Notes under the pieces: model-generated | What the model was told of the DNA's origin: nothing | Seen by the model: the letters and a program-made list of their open reading frames with translations, nothing else | The model's database searches: none | Origin: Candidatus Moraniibacteriota bacterium | Lineage (GTDB): Bacteria > Patescibacteriota > Minisyncoccia > Moranbacterales > GWC2-37-73 | Direction of reading: 5' to 3' | NCBI GenBank assembly: GCA_013336225.1 | Contig: JAAXUC010000001.1 | Location: forward strand, 99,949-163,948 | Length of the DNA: 64,000 bases | Part shown: in pieces, positions 62,355-64,000 of the stretch | How the letters are laid out: the number at the start of each line of letters is the position of its first letter | How positions within the stretch are numbered: the stretch's first letter is position 1 | Translations under genes and position numbers: made by a program

Positions 62355-62688
62355 AGTGTCCTCCTTTGGGTTTTTTATGTGGCAAATGCCACTGGGTAAA
62401 TGTTAAATAACTACGATATTATATTCTAGCACCTTTTAAACAAAAAGTCAAGCAAAATTAATGCATGACTTTTCGTTGATATTTCTTTGTGCGGCCGGCA
62501 GCCTGCCTGCCGGCAGGCAGGGAATCGGCCTCGACTAATTTTTTGCCGTCGCAAAAAATTGTCTGGCCACCGTCTCGCCCTTTTGTCTGCTGACAAAAGT
62601 GGCTCCGACGTCCGATTCCTGACGTGAGTGAAATCATTCACTCACTCCCAGCACACAAATAAACCCACCTTTCGGTGGGTTCTTCTTG

Positions 62689-62761
62689 TGTGCTAGGCAG
62701 GAATCGGACCTGCGACCTTCTGGACCGCAACCAGACGCTCTATCCACTGAGCTACAAGCAC
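62689..62761 (-). tRNA. tRNA-Arg(GCG)
   Basis: Cloverleaf GTGCTTG..TAGCTCAGTGGATAGAGC..TCTGG-TTGCGGT-CCAGA..GCAGG-TCCGATT-CCTGC..CTAGCAC-A; CCA not encoded. Confidence 0.88.
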
Positions 62762-62982
62762 GTCGTCGTTAACACTCTTCCTTGAAACCTTGCGGTTTCA
62801 ATACTTCCACTCCGGGGAAACTTCCGTTTTCCCGACCCCTTTCCCATTTGAACTTTGCAAGTTCAAGCATCTCCATCTCCATTCAAATCACTCAAAGGTC
62901 AGTATACAATATACAGTAAAAAAAGTAAATACTTAGTGATGAATGCTTGTTGAATTTTGAATATTGAATTTTGGATGTTGTT

Positions 62983-63579
62983 TTAAATATGCAAAACCCT
63001 TTCAATGGCATCAATAAGTCCTGGATCCTGTTTAATTTCAGGGATGTCATGAATCAGGAATTCTCGTATTTTGACTGGATCTTCATCGCGAAGGGGAATG
63101 TGAACAAATGGCAACATGGATGCTTTGGTGTGCAGGCTGATGGTTTTGGTGTGCGGCGGATCATAGAAAATCCAAAAAGAATTGATGTTTTCAAAAAGAT
63201 ACATTTCTTTGTCAGCAATGATGCCCTTAGTTGTGATGGAGAAAGTGATCACGCGAGGATCTTTTTGTAGATAGATATATCCTACAATGCCAAGCAAAAT
63301 GAAGGTGATGGCCATGATGGGACCATTGGTATAGAGAGCATAGATCACCATTAGGACGATGAAAATGGCAAAAATTAAATACCAACGGGCACTTTTTTCA
63401 TAGACTTCAAATTCCGGCGCTTTCCATTGATGCAAAATTTTGCCGGTCTGCGAACTTTCTTTGTGCGCAGCATCATGCTCATGGCTGGCGATTGCTTCTT
63501 GGTGTTGCTCGCTTGCAACTGGCCTTGGTGGCGCAGCATGCTGCTGAGTGGCAAGCGCTTTTTTTAGATCAAATGACAT
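62983..63579 (-). CDS. Conserved-type CPR membrane protein (DUF5673-like)
   Basis: W.APEF..YEKS..WY, two TM helices, I.SFWIFY. Confidence 0.7.
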   Translation of the reverse strand: MSFDLKKALATQQHAAPPRPVASEQHQEAIASHEHDAAHKESSQTGKILHQWKAPEFEVYEKSARWYLIFAIFIVLMVIYALYTNGPIMAITFILLGIVGYIYLQKDPRVITFSITTKGIIADKEMYLFENINSFWIFYDPPHTKTISLHTKASMLPFVHIPLRDEDPVKIREFLIHDIPEIKQDPGLIDAIERVLHI

Positions 63580-63680
63580 AATATGTATATGTGAGTTTAA
63601 AATTCTCCTAGCTTGATTCTAGCATATTTACAAATACGTTCAAAATATAAAAAACAACCGCCATATGGTAGTTGTTTTTC

Positions 63681-63702
63681 ATTTGAGGAAGCGAAGAGAT
63701 TC
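63681..63702 (-). repeat. 22-bp direct repeat of the tRNA-Ser 3' end
   Basis: atttgaggaagcgaagagattc is identical to 63794-63815. Confidence 0.9.
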
Positions 63703-63798
63703 CTTCTCGCTCCGACTCGAAGTCTGGGCGCTACACACAGAATGCTCGTATTCCTCGCATTCGACTCGCGCCCTTCGAATCTCTCTATTTTAAATTTG

Positions 63799-63883
63799 AG
63801 GAAGCGAAGAGATTCGAACTCTTGATGGGTCGCCCCATGACAGTTTTCAAGACTGTTGCCTTCAACCGCTCGGCCACGCTTCC
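63799..63883 (-). tRNA. tRNA-Ser(TGA)
   Basis: GGAAGCG acceptor stem, ACAGT-CTTGAAA-ACTGT anticodon arm, long variable arm, GTTCGAATC T-loop. Confidence 0.93.
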
Positions 63884-64000
63884 TTACTCATTTTCTTCGA
63901 AAAGGGCATAGCGCGTCATTTGCTCGTCGTCACTCGCTAATTCCTTGTCCGCGGTGGCGCCAAATGCTCATCCGCATTTGTCGGCGTTCGCTGCGAAATT

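Noticed and set aside
1..64000. Alternative genetic code (UGA read-through, as in some CPR lineages)
   Set aside because: Conserved genes such as uvrB, rsmI and tgt end at TGA at the expected length, and long ORFs have no internal TGA.

Overview
This window looks like the chromosome of a low-GC Patescibacteria/CPR-type bacterium (Parcubacteria-like; taxonomy is inferred from gene content and style). It uses the standard code and is mostly housekeeping: class A PBP, amidase, rpoB-rpoC, a LexA-like repressor, ftsK-rodZ-recA, rpsF-ssb-rpsR-efp, uvrB/uvrA/uvrC plus a second uvrA, rsmI, argS, ileS, recO, tgt, trpS, pgm/pmm, recG, tRNA-Arg(GCG) and tRNA-Ser(TGA). I found no integrase, transposase, reverse transcriptase, CRISPR array or rRNA. 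The notable signals are mostly non-coding. (1) Six accessory units share one expression architecture (sigma70 promoter, boxA-like motif at the transcript start, strong AAGGAG(G) SD), while core genes lack an SD or appear leaderless. (2) The ileS T-box has an ultrashort Stem I, a terminator platform and two inserted repeats. (3) A promoter-proximal bulged-G hairpin occurs twice. (4) A surface-protein cassette has two fibre-like paralogues with divergent aromatic loops, a degenerate membrane spermidine-synthase-like enzyme and a duplicated promoter. (5) Several families of palindromic and heptamer repeats occur, some inserted in-frame in argS, recG, uvrA and uvrC, and others anchored on tRNA 3' ends. 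All calls come from reading the sequence by eye; no searches or folding programs were run.
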